A stretch of DNA of 36,353 bases from Asterionella formosa. Lineage: Eukaryota. The DNA is taken from contig NKIB01015356.1 in the NCBI GenBank assembly GCA_002256025.1, forward strand, positions 1-36,353. The letters run 5' to 3'. Position numbers and translations under genes: made by a program. The notes beneath the pieces are model-generated. The model made no database searches, was not told the origin of the DNA, and saw only the letters and a list, made by a program, of their open reading frames with translations. Positions 19,642 through 31,100 of this stretch are shown piece after piece (positions within the stretch are counted from its first letter, which is position 1; every line of letters starts with the position of its first letter).

Positions 19642-22600
19642 TCAACACTCGCTAAGAGATTCGTTGGTTATTTTCCCCTTTTGCTTCATGTATCGTCGAC
19701 GAACGTACTTTCGGAGGGAATCTCGTCCAATGCTAGGTGGAACTGCCCCTCCTGTACCAGGCTCACTTCGAACTCCATCCACAGATTCACCAAAATTGCT
19801 GGCCAGATCTGAGTTGAAATCATGTAGCCATTGTGTGGCGCCTCCGAGATTTGCCGTATTTGTTGACATAGACTCATTAATCATAAAACTGCTATCTTGA
19901 CTAGGTTCGTCAGGTTCAGTCATACTAAAACCGCTCTCCATCAGCATGAATTCATCCATCTTGCCGATTTGGTTGGGAGAATTTGATTCTGTAATGCTTA
20001 AAGGTAAGAATCCATGCTGATCTACGGGACCATAATCCGTCTCGATAGCTCGTGACGGACCTTCCTGACGCGAAATTCCATGCAGCACATCTCGCAACTG
20101 AATGCACTCAAGATTCCTATCGCGCAGTTCTGCCTCCAATTTCAAAGTTTTCCTTTGCATTTTAACATTCTTATCTTGGAGAAATTCCACAGAGGTGTTC
20201 AATTCGTCAATCTGAATCTGAAGCTCGGCATGGCGGTCAGACACCCGCGCACCCTTTTGCATGTATTTCACCTTGATCTCTTGAGCTGACGCCAAAGCTT
20301 TCGTAGCAATAATCTTGGCGTTTTCAAGTTCATTATCTCGCCTTTCCAGTACTGTCGACAAGGAGTCAAGCTCGTCTTCTCGGATGTGAACTTCTTGAAT
20401 TACTTGTTCAAGAGCGTCAAACGCTTCGGCTCGCTCACCCTCAATCACTTTCATTTGTCTCACAATCTCTTCTTGAACCATCTTGGCATTACTAAGCCTC
20501 TTTTCAAGCTCAATTACCTGCTGAGACTTTTCGGATTCCATCTTTGTTGAGGCTTGCTTGTGCTGTTCGACTGACTTTTCAAGTTCCGATATCTTGTCGT
20601 TCAACTCTTTTGTATTCATCGATCGGGCCGTCGAAGCATCTTCCGCACGATTCAACGAGCTCGTGAGCTGTTCGATGTTAGCCTTCAAGACTGACATCTC
20701 TCTATCCTTATCTTCAAGTTTAGTTTCCATATCGATAACTGTACATGTAAATTGTTCTATCGTCGTCTCGATTTCCTTTTGTTTGCGCATTAACTCCATC
20801 GATACTTGCTCTTTTTCTACAGCCAACTTCTTCTTGGTCTCCTCGAGCTTTTCAGCGGCATCCTCTTGCTCCTTTCGCAGCTTGTTAAGTTTATCCATGT
20901 GGACAGATTTCTCACGATGAGCTTCTTCCATATCTTGTTCTAATTTAACGAGCTTCAGTTCCAGTTCCACCATTCGCTCCAATTTGACTTTGTCAGCTCG
21001 TTGTTCTTGCGCCAACTCCGAAATTTCCCGCTCTTTTTCCTCTGCCAAAGTCCGCTCTTGAAGCAACAATTCCCTGGAAGCATCCAAATCACGACGCAAT
21101 GAGAATATCTCTGAATGTAACTTGCTTCCGGCAGCGGAAACTACATCGTCGGCTTGTGTTAATTTTTGCTCCAAATCTTCAATCAACACACGCTTCTCCT
21201 TCAAGTTCGATTCCGTAGCTGATAGTTTGCCTTCCAGCTTGGCCATTTCCACCTTAAGTTCTGATTCAAGTGCTTCGTGTCGGGATTGCTCGGACACAAA
21301 GTCTTGCTGCGCCTTGTCAATGCAGGCTTGTAAATGGGCTACCTTGGAGTTCAGTTGCTGGTCTACATTTTCACGAGATCGTTCCTTTTCGTCAATTTCT
21401 CTCTGGAGCTGCTCCATTTCGTGCTTCATAGTATCTGTCTGATGATTAACAGACTCTTGGAGCTCCAGAAACTCAGATTCTTTTCTGGCCAAGTCAATGC
21501 GCAGCTTTGCCTCACTAACCTTCCAAACCTTGCGTTGATTTTCGAATAATTCTTCTCGTGCTTTGACGTCGTCGTCGTGCTGCGTTTCCAACTCTAGCAA
21601 TGAGGCTTTTTTGGAATTTTCTGCTTCAACCAATCGATCCAGGAGACCTTGGACTTTAGAATCCCGATCACTCAAATCTCGCATTGCCTTGTCGAGCTTA
21701 TCATTCATGCGGTCCATTTCACTTTGTCGCATTGCATCCTTGCGTTCCCATTCCCGAGCAAGATCACGGTCCTTGGATTCCGCTTGGACCAACACGCGCA
21801 GTGATTCTTCTTTGGTTTGCTCATATTGCGTGGTCATCACTTGCAACTCTTCCTGTAGCTGTGACAATTGGAGATTGAACTCTGAGGTCACCGCGTTTCT
21901 TGCAACTTCTATTTCGCGTTCCAATCTAAGGTTCAGGTCATCGTCCTTGGCCTGCATTTCTGCTTCGTGTCGATCATTAGCAAGCATTAATTGTGTTTGT
22001 AGATCATTCATGCGATTTTCCAATTCCTTCGAGGCAGCGTGATTGGCTTGAACAATATTGTCCAGTCGCTGTCGTTCGCGCTCTTCGTGTGTCTTTTTCA
22101 GAGTTTGCACGTCCCTTGTGTGTTGCTCGGATAATGACTCGAGGTGGTTTTCAAATTCCAAAAGTCGTGTGGTCTGCGCACTGTTACAAGCCGTGACTGT
22201 GGCTAGCTCCTCTTCACGATTCTGCAGCAACTCCAAACATGACTGATGATCCACTTTCAAACGGTCCGCCACCAATTGGCTAGCAGTGAGTTGGTCCTCT
22301 AATTCCTTAACCTTATGATTGAACCGATCATGCTGCTCCTTCAACTCAATCTTCAATCTCTCTGTGGTCTCCAATACTTCCTTTTCAACCTTTGTTACTA
22401 ATTGTGCTTGATCCTCTAGTGTTTCCTTGACAGTATCAAGTTGCATAGATGCTTCAGCTAACTGGAGTTCCAGCATCGATTCCCGTTCGTCAGCAGCAAC
22501 CACTTGCTGTTGCAATTTTAGTTTCGCTTGTTCGTCCTTAACCTTGTAGCACGCTTCTAATTCCTCCATGTCCGATCGCATGTTGTTTAGGTCAATGGAT

Positions 22601-23748
22601 AAATGTTCTGCTTCTTGTTTGGAGGTTTCGTACTTTTTCCTCATTTGCTCCAGCTTGGCCTCGTACTGATCCGAAAGTTGAGCCTTCCCATGACGCATTT
22701 CTTGAAGTTGTTTGGATAGTTCATTTCTCAAGTCCGCCAGCGCCCCTTCCAGTATATGTATGCGACGCACATCATCTTCCTTCCCCACCAATTCTTGCTC
22801 GCACAGCTCGATCGTTGCGTTGAGGGACGACTTTTCACGTTCGAGAATGTCCACCCGTCGCTGCAACTCTTGTGTTTCAAGTTCCAGGGTGGTTCTGTCC
22901 AAGGAAGCAATGCGGCGTGGCGACAATGCCGGCCGCGCTGAGCCCTCCGTGGATACCGCTGGTGCAGACCGTCGCAAAGGGGAGGACGCTGGTAATGGTT
23001 GCGGTGAATTTCTGGGCTGTTGTGGTATGGTAGATGATCGCTGCATTTGTTGCGGTGTCTTTGACGGTGCTGGGCCATTCCTGCGCGAAGGAGGTGGTGG
23101 CGGCGGAGCTTGCTGTGCGACAGGACGTGACTGTGCTGCGACGGGTGATGATTGCGGCAGTGGAGTCAGAGTATTGGTGGGAGACGGAGAAGTGATATCA
23201 ATTTCGTGGAAGAATCTCAATTCTTCCAGTTCTTGCATGAGGTTTGAAATCTTGTCTTCGGCATGCTTTAATCTGTTGTCGCTGGCTACTTGTTGCGGCG
23301 AGGGGGGTGTGACATCGTGCGTCCCCGACGATGACCTAGAATGCGTTTGCTGCTGTTTGAAGCTCTCTCTGTGTCGGTGCGCTTGCTCTCTTTTTTCTCG
23401 CAGATCCAGAATGGCCCTAGTCACCGATGCCGGATCCTGATCAGCATCGAGTGACTGAGAGGGTCTCAGGGTTCGGCCGGTGGAAATGGGTCTAGGCCGC
23501 TGGTGTCTCTGCTTATCACCGCTCGATCCCCCATTCTGCTGCTGCTGCTGCTGTTGCTCTGCGCGGACGTTGGGTCTCGACTGAGAACGGCGGTCATGCA
23601 TGGCTTGCTGAAGGGCTCGCTGCTGCTGCGACAGCTCTGACAAGCCGTCGCTTCTCCCGGAAGACTTGCTTCTATTGCTTTGTTCCAACATGCTGTTTCC
23701 GTGCTCTCCAAAGGGTTGTCTGTTGCTCGTTCCCGCTGTCGGAGGCAT
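19642..23748 (-). CDS. Large coiled-coil protein of unknown function
   Basis: 1368-codon intronless ORF. Q/P/S-rich N-terminus, ~950 aa of E/K/L/Q heptad-rich sequence and a low-complexity tail. No catalytic motif was recognised. Confidence 0.85.
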   Translation of the reverse strand: MPPTAGTSNRQPFGEHGNSMLEQSNRSKSSGRSDGLSELSQQQRALQQAMHDRRSQSRPNVRAEQQQQQQQNGGSSGDKQRHQRPRPISTGRTLRPSQSLDADQDPASVTRAILDLREKREQAHRHRESFKQQQTHSRSSSGTHDVTPPSPQQVASDNRLKHAEDKISNLMQELEELRFFHEIDITSPSPTNTLTPLPQSSPVAAQSRPVAQQAPPPPPPSRRNGPAPSKTPQQMQRSSTIPQQPRNSPQPLPASSPLRRSAPAVSTEGSARPALSPRRIASLDRTTLELETQELQRRVDILEREKSSLNATIELCEQELVGKEDDVRRIHILEGALADLRNELSKQLQEMRHGKAQLSDQYEAKLEQMRKKYETSKQEAEHLSIDLNNMRSDMEELEACYKVKDEQAKLKLQQQVVAADERESMLELQLAEASMQLDTVKETLEDQAQLVTKVEKEVLETTERLKIELKEQHDRFNHKVKELEDQLTASQLVADRLKVDHQSCLELLQNREEELATVTACNSAQTTRLLEFENHLESLSEQHTRDVQTLKKTHEERERQRLDNIVQANHAASKELENRMNDLQTQLMLANDRHEAEMQAKDDDLNLRLEREIEVARNAVTSEFNLQLSQLQEELQVMTTQYEQTKEESLRVLVQAESKDRDLAREWERKDAMRQSEMDRMNDKLDKAMRDLSDRDSKVQGLLDRLVEAENSKKASLLELETQHDDDVKAREELFENQRKVWKVSEAKLRIDLARKESEFLELQESVNHQTDTMKHEMEQLQREIDEKERSRENVDQQLNSKVAHLQACIDKAQQDFVSEQSRHEALESELKVEMAKLEGKLSATESNLKEKRVLIEDLEQKLTQADDVVSAAGSKLHSEIFSLRRDLDASRELLLQERTLAEEKEREISELAQEQRADKVKLERMVELELKLVKLEQDMEEAHREKSVHMDKLNKLRKEQEDAAEKLEETKKKLAVEKEQVSMELMRKQKEIETTIEQFTCTVIDMETKLEDKDREMSVLKANIEQLTSSLNRAEDASTARSMNTKELNDKISELEKSVEQHKQASTKMESEKSQQVIELEKRLSNAKMVQEEIVRQMKVIEGERAEAFDALEQVIQEVHIREDELDSLSTVLERRDNELENAKIIATKALASAQEIKVKYMQKGARVSDRHAELQIQIDELNTSVEFLQDKNVKMQRKTLKLEAELRDRNLECIQLRDVLHGISRQEGPSRAIETDYGPVDQHGFLPLSITESNSPNQIGKMDEFMLMESGFSMTEPDEPSQDSSFMINESMSTNTANLGGATQWLHDFNSDLASNFGESVDGVRSEPGTGGAVPPSIGRDSLRKYVRRRYMKQKGKITNESLSEC

Positions 23749-25073
23749 GGTGGGTAGTATGTGGTTGCTGCTACAGTAAAGGACAACCCCTCCCCTGCTT
23801 GCGCCCCAGCACTTGTACTGGTATGGATGAATGAATGAATTAAAAGCTGGCTGATACGGTTGATTGCATCAGAATCAGCAAGCCGTCCTTCTCACAAAAA
23901 GCCTACTTTTGTTGTCATGCATGTACTTAGTATACCAGTAGTCAACTTCATAGTATATGGCGACTCCCGGGAATTACCCCTTGACTCTTGTTTTGAATTT
24001 TCACCGTGTAGGTAGTTAGGGTGAGGCGACGACATAGGCGAGTAGAACGGTTAAGACGGTTTTCATTTATTCAAATTGTATTCAGATGTGAAGAATTGCT
24101 TTCGCCTTTTGCCGCTCTTTTGCAGCTCAGCCACACTATCACAACCGCTGTTGCATGATTCTGTTTCTCATGTGCTGTGTCCCTGGTGGTACCAGGTACC
24201 TGGTACCTGGTGGATGAAAAGAATGGTACTGGTACCAGAGTACCACCGGTACTCCAATTTGGCCATACTGGGTAACCGTAAAAAATTTGGGATACAAAGT
24301 AATTTCGCCGGCGGGGAATTATTATGCGTCGCCTGGCAGGCAGAGTGACTGGTCGGTGCATGGCTTTGCTTCTAGTAGTGGCTGGCCGGCCCTCATTCAC
24401 CATAGAGAAGTCGTATTATGCGAATATTATGAAGTGTCAAATATGAACACACGTGGTTTCTGTTACCGGTACCAGGTACCAGTGCTGTGACAGCAACAAT
24501 CGGTCAGGAACAGAAAATATGTAACTAATAGTACTGGTACGAACTACCGGTATACTTGGAACATAGGATTGTACAGTGTGTCTCTTTACAAACATGTTCT
24601 TCTTCTTTTGAAAGGCAGTCTACTTATTTTCTGTACTACCTGGTAACGGTACGGTAGACTACCGATACAACCCTACCTAACATATGCTGCCAGGTACCAG
24701 GTACCAGGTACCTTGTACTAGGTAGCTAACACCCCAGAAGCAGTAATCAATACTACCGGTAGTTACCATCATAAACAATAATATTTATAATCAAATCATG
24801 TTCATCTTTATATATGAATAAAGTGATTGAAATAAATAATTATTATGGTTACAGCGTCAGCAATCAAGATACTACCGGTAATTTATATTATTATAAAGCC
24901 TTGAGCGACACACAAAGAAACATGATGGAAATTCCTCATGTTGATTCGTCTGGTGCGTTATAACTTGTTCAAAAACGAACGACTGATGATCAATGTTCTC
25001 CTTTATGACATGTAATACACATCAATCATACTAGTGTTCGTATCATAAACATATAATACTCAACTAGGAGATC

Positions 25074-27147
25074 ATGATGAAGCAAGCAGCTCGAAAGTAT
25101 TCCCAACGGTCAACAGCATTAGAAAAGGAAGCTCAAGGATTTTGTGCTGCTGCTGCATCGGGACCTTACTGTGTGCGATCCAAGGCAGTTACACCAACGC
25201 TCGACGAGATTCAATCACAAACATTCGAATCATACGTTAGGAATATTCTATTTGATACAGATGAGAGCAGTACGAATAGCACAAGTAGTGAAGACGACGA
25301 CGACGACGAGCAGCAGCAACAAACATCAGATACCACTAATGTCACTACTATTTGTAGTCAAATTACGTTGTCATCAGTGCATCACAAGGACAAGCGGAAG
25401 AATACTAGATGGAATCATGGTATTTGTAAAGTGACACTTCCAGAAGGATGGTGGGATCAAAATGGAATTGCCAAAGATACTACAGCTAGAGGTGATGAGG
25501 TGTGTATATGATTTACTTTCAACATTTCATGAGTTCATTGCTGTTGATTCAATTTCACTTTCAATTTCTCCAACTACTCACTCACCTTTATTGATTTACA
25601 TTGTATTCAAGTGGCAACCTGGGACACCACTAGGGGATTACGAAGTCGAAGGTCCCATTAAGCAACATGTATCCGGCATTGGAGGGGTTTATGAATACAG
25701 TCTCCTGGAATTACCTCCAACAACAATCGCTGACTTTCGGAACCAAGCCGACAAATACCGCATCAAGCAATTGGGAACTGCAGTCGATGATGATATTTCA
25801 GATAATCACTGTGATACTCTAGCTAGGAAATTTTGGAAACGCCTTGGACCTACTATGGAACCAAGCATGTATGGGGCTGATATGGAAGGATCGTTGTTTG
25901 ACGGTGACACAGCATGCGGCTGGTCACTTCAACAACTTGACAATTGTTTGCAACTATTATCAGTTGGAGCAGGTGCTCTGCCAGGAGTAACGACACCCTA
26001 TCTATACATTGGCATGTGGGCTAGTGTATTTTGTGCACATACCGAGGATATGAATTTGTTGTCCATCAATTATCTTCACGCGGGGGCACCAAAGTATTGG
26101 TATGCCATTGCACCAGAGCACGCAAAGAGATTTGAAAGCTTATGTGAAAGTAGATTCGTTCATTCACATGCTGATTGTCCTGAGTTTCTCAGGCACAAGC
26201 GATCCCTGATATCTCCGGCTATATTGAAAAAGGCTGGGATTCCATTCGAAACACAAATTCAACGACCTGGTGATGCTATTATTACGTTTCCGGGTGGCTA
26301 TCATTTCGGTGTTAATTTGGGATTTAACGTGGCGGAAGCCACTAACTTTGCTGTGCCTGAATGGGTTCCGAAAGGACACCAAGCAAAAGTATGCATGTGT
26401 CGGCCTTCTAGTGTGAGAATCAACATGCAACGCTTTGAAGACATGCTACGCAAATATGAAGAAGATACCGCAAATGCTGAACAATTGGGCTATGAAAGGT
26501 TAAGTTATAAGCATTGGACCTTGTTGGAAGCAAAACGGAAGAATCATCCCACTTTGGACCTTGTTAGTCCTGACCAAGTTGTATCAAGTAATGGACCAGC
26601 GAAAATGCAAATTAAACACTTCCCAGATCCCAGCTTGAAGCTGCCCCCTGGGATGAAATTGGAGCCCGTTGGAAATAAAAGCAAGGGAATTTGGATTGAA
26701 GTTTTGAAGCCATTGGCTAGCGAGGGACGAAAGAGTACTGGGAAATCTACTTGTAGAAAGCGAAAGCAAAGTCAAGGGCCAGGTGAAGAATGGAGATTTG
26801 CCAAGCCAACCGTCAAGCGTGAGCTTGATCTCAAAGCCAAAGTTTTGTGCTTGGTCCCAGCTAAGCTGGAAGGTCGACACCAAGACGATGATGAGCAATG
26901 CTTTTTGGGCGAAGTCACGGAAATCGCAGAAGGCCATGTCCGAGTTCATTTTCAAGGACTTCCCAAGAACGAAGACTTGTGGATGAGCATGAATAGTCCA
27001 AAGCTATTTCTAGATGGAGGCAAATGGGAAGAACCGCCGAAGTCAAGGGCGGAAAAGGGAAATCAGCCGGGTTTATTCTTGTATGGTACGACTGACGGAG
27101 AGCTCGCGGCGAAAGCTGCAGCGACGAAAGTAGGGAGAATGACATAG
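25074..27147 (+). CDS. KDM4/JMJD2-like JmjN-JmjC histone demethylase with C-terminal chromo-barrel/Tudor-like domain; exons 25074-25499 and 25612-27147
   Basis: JmjN (PTLDEI...FESYV...GICKVTLPEGW) and JmjC (YGADMEGSLF, GVTTPYLYIGMW, HTEDMNLLSINYLH, GYHFG, AEATNFA). A phase-0 GT-AG intron at 25500-25611 with a CTCAC branch-like site joins the two ORFs in frame. Confidence 0.92.
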
Positions 27148-28156
27148 TCATAATGGAGCGACGGAATCCATCTAAATGAAAATCGCGCCGTTGCTACTAT
27201 CCTCTGTATGTTTTTGCGACACGTTGATTTTGATGAGCTCAGGGCAATTGTATGTTTTATGGAAATGTTTCAAGAGCATTTACAAGGACACTAGACTTTC
27301 TTAAGGGAATTCATGTAATTCATGACATCAATGCTCGATTGCCTCTCGAATTTGTCGATACTAAAGACAAGTTGGGTGTGCCCTTCCATCATCGTAAATC
27401 CATTGTCAAACTACTTGTAAAAAACAACCGATTGAGGCCAAGACCAAGGACTAGAGGCATAACAGTCCTTATGTAGCAAAGTATAGTACAACAATGGAAC
27501 AAGTAGTATAAAAACGTGCGTGAGCAAAAAAGATAAAAACATAAAAATGTGAACCTTGCACGAAAAGTGTAACCTTTTAATGAAATAATATTCTTATCAA
27601 TTAGTATAGACTACTAGCTAAATACAGACTGATTATATTTTGTTAAGAACTTTCTGTATTACACTGTGGCTAAAAGCATAGCATAACATTGTGGCTGTGG
27701 CAGCAATATACTGAAAGTGCTTTATTGAAGAAATCAGAAAAAATACTTTCTCTGCAACATCTTGCTGGAAACGATTTTTTTTAAAGGAATTTGCATTTTC
27801 TTATTTACGGTCGACAGCAGCCAAACTTGCTAGATATCATGGCCTACAGTCTCTTAGTCCGCAAGGTTGGGTTCAATGGACAATGGACATGCAACAAGTT
27901 CTTGGAAACATTTGGGATGACGAACAATTCATCTACTGGTAGGATCAATGAGAGTTGTGTTTTAAATCTGATTACAGCTCTCAATTAATTTTTTGGTTTT
28001 TTTTGCAAAACTCCCCATGGTCATGATGTTGCTGACCTGATGAATTGCGATAAGCAAAACCCCTTAGTGATTCATGACGGAATGACATAGGAAACACAGC
28101 TGAACATGTAAACGAGAACAAGAATAGGAAAAGAGAAATAAGATTTCTTACGTATT

Positions 28157-31100
28157 TTACCCAATTGATGTATGCTTCCTCAAGCTTGACTTGACTCCAG
28201 GTGCCAGCTTCGCCAACAAATATTCGGATGAAAAAAAACGTGGAGGCCTTGGCATTACATCGGTTGCATAGATTATTCCACCCTGCTTCATGCACCGATA
28301 ATATGCTTCAATGCACTCTCTCAACTCTCCCTTCAGACTTATCGGACAGTCATCGCCTTGCAGGAATTTAAGGACTTCAATGTGAGATCCGAATTCAACT
28401 TGGTCTGTATCACCATCTGCCACATTTGGAGTGCTGATATCGTCCGTCTTCATCACGGTGAAGGCCGAAAACCCAACTGTGTTGGAAGAATGCAACCGTT
28501 TCCAAAGTCTAGCAAAATAGACGGACATGGCACCATGCCGCAATGTCTTTCTTTCATCTGCGTGCATGGCTCTAAGAGTATGCAACGTCGCCTTAATATC
28601 ACCCGGTAGCTTCGCGCACCGCACTAAATGACTCCAAGACACACCTCCTGCCGTACTGAGACTTTCAAAACTGGAAAAGAAGTATTTTCCTTCGCCATTT
28701 GCAGCTAAGCAATGACGGCACACGATACCTGGATAGCCAATGCCTACATTCTTTTTCTTTCGCTTGTCGTTTGCACTAAGTCGACACGGCAGCATTTGTC
28801 TTAATGCCAGTGACTGAAACCTGGTCAAGTTTTGTTCGTCGTCAGGCAAAACAAGATCTCGAATAATCTCAGATACCGGAGTTTCATCGTTCCCATCAGC
28901 ATCCCTGCGGGACATAGAATTTTCTACTGTGGCGTCGACGGCAGTAGAAAGTCTAGCCATGTGGCTTGCCAGGGACCGCTTTGTTAGTCCATCATCGTCT
29001 TCGTACTCCTCTTTCACCAGTTGAAAAGCCTCGTCAAATAGACTGGAATAATTAATGGACAGGAATTGGAGAAAATCTTTGATAGCAGTGTGACTATCTT
29101 CAATTTGACGAAGATTTAGACCAGCTTGATGCAATATTTCTGGCAGGACGACTAAGAGTTGAATCAGTTTTTGGGCCCCGTTTTTGTCACAATAACTGCT
29201 GCCTGCTCTCTCATCCACATTTTTCGCCATGATAGGATAGAGCTCCTCAAAACATGTGATTATCCCGCCTACAATCAGTTTTACTCTACGACGCTGCTCG
29301 TCGTTGTTCTCGGATAGAATTGAAATCGTATCCTCCAGGAACATTTCAACAACCTTACGAACAGGGAACTTTGTCTCGACCGTGTCATCCACTCCTGCAG
29401 ATTGAATCAATAGCCGCTTAGTCGTCTTGGATAAGTAACCAAGCCCAATGTTTTGGAGTTCGAGGGCCATCCTTGCCCGTTTTCGACGTCTTTCATCACG
29501 TAGCCTCCTGTGACGATCGTTCACTCTCTTGGCACGGGACCGCTGTCCCGGTGGAATAAAGCTAACTTCGCCGATAGATTCAATATCCGCATCTATACGC
29601 CACCCAATGTTTCGAAGCTTAGGCCAGATAGTACCCAAAAACAAAGGCATTGCTGAAGGCATTTGTTTATTTTTGACTTGAGAGAATCCTGGAGGGAGCT
29701 CAACGGCATTAATCTCGCGGAGTCTGTTGTTTAAACACTCAATTCCCATCCCCTGTTTTGATTCATCATAGAACATTTCACTATTCGTAATCGACGCTTT
29801 AACGGCATATCGTATAGTGGATCGAGTATAAATAGGCCTGCCATGGTCCTTCATCCAGCTAACAAGACCGCATTCTGCAACCGCTGCTACCACCGCAAAA
29901 ATTTGGTGTTCGGCGTACCATCCAATATCCAGATCCAAGTTTCCGGTTTTTGCAGTCTCCACAGGGATAAAAATAATGCTGCCATTACCAATGCCTTCCA
30001 TAGCTACAACAGCCTTTGACTTGCAGTCAAAGTCGCCCTCGACGTATTCACTGTCGAGGGCATCAAAGGCGAAATCATGAATATTCTCGTCATCGCTTGA
30101 CGCTAGTTGACGGGCTGCCTCAACCGTACACTTGCACAACTCGGTAGCTAACCTGGTTTGGGCATCAGGGATATCAACAGAATGATGAACAACATAATTG
30201 GCAACAAGGACAATTGATTTCGTCATCAAATCTCGAGCTAGTTTGCACCAAACTCGTTTATCTAAGGGCCGATCAAGAGTTTTCTTCTCCTCAAGTACAC
30301 AGATAATCTCTTGCTGTATTTCCTTTCCCAAGGCCAAGACGATCAGATCCTTTTCAAGTGACTCGGATTCGATGGCTTTTTCACGAAACATGTTATCAAT
30401 GAGCAAAGCTTTGACCTTAATCTTTAATTGATCAAACTGATCATAGCGATGGTTCGAAAGTGCAACGCTTCGCTTCTCGACTTCCTCTATCTGCACAAGC
30501 ATTTTCAACGCAAGCCAATGGATCCGTTGACGTGAAACCAAAAGGGCAGCCTTGGACTGTGGTGTGACATGCAGGACGCAATCATCTCCGATTTCCGCTT
30601 GGATCTCGGAGAGCACTCTTTGTAAACGTGTCAAGTCTACAAAGGAGAGCACGGATATTTCCCTTAGAAGGTACATTCGCAAATCATTGTCACTCTGATC
30701 TATGATACAGTCCAAAACTTTACACTTCGAATATCGTAATTCAACGACTTGACCCCTTTCCATGGGTTCATTGGTATAAAAGAGAAACTGCGATCCTCTG
30801 GCTGTCTCTCTTCTCAGCACGTTCGAATTCGTATGGTATTCCCAGACCTTCATTTCATTGGAACTCACTTCGTCCGTTGAAAGGACAAAGCGGATTAGGC
30901 TTTTCCTCATGTCACCAACTCTGTCAGTAGCTGAAATCGCTCCAACGCCATAACTTGTGAGGTCAAGGAGGCCACTCCCCCGTTCTTGAGACGAAAAAGT
31001 TCCCCCAAAACTCGACGAGAAATCAACATCAGGATTTACTACTTGCCTCTCCTTAAGAATGTCGACTCTGGCTTCGTCACTTCTCGGAAATTTAGAAGCC

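Noticed and set aside
20558..23440. Plus-strand Ser/Cys-rich ORFs up to 242 aa
   Set aside because: They are antisense shadows of the E/Q/K-rich coiled-coil gene.
19642..23748. SMC, myosin or kinesin assignment
   Set aside because: No Walker A/B motifs, hinge or motor domain are visible; only generic coiled coil.
25462..25611. N-terminus MELPKILQ… of the 561-aa ORF as a separate gene start
   Set aside because: It mostly spans the intron 25500-25611. Splicing to the upstream JmjN exon gives a coherent KDM4-like protein.
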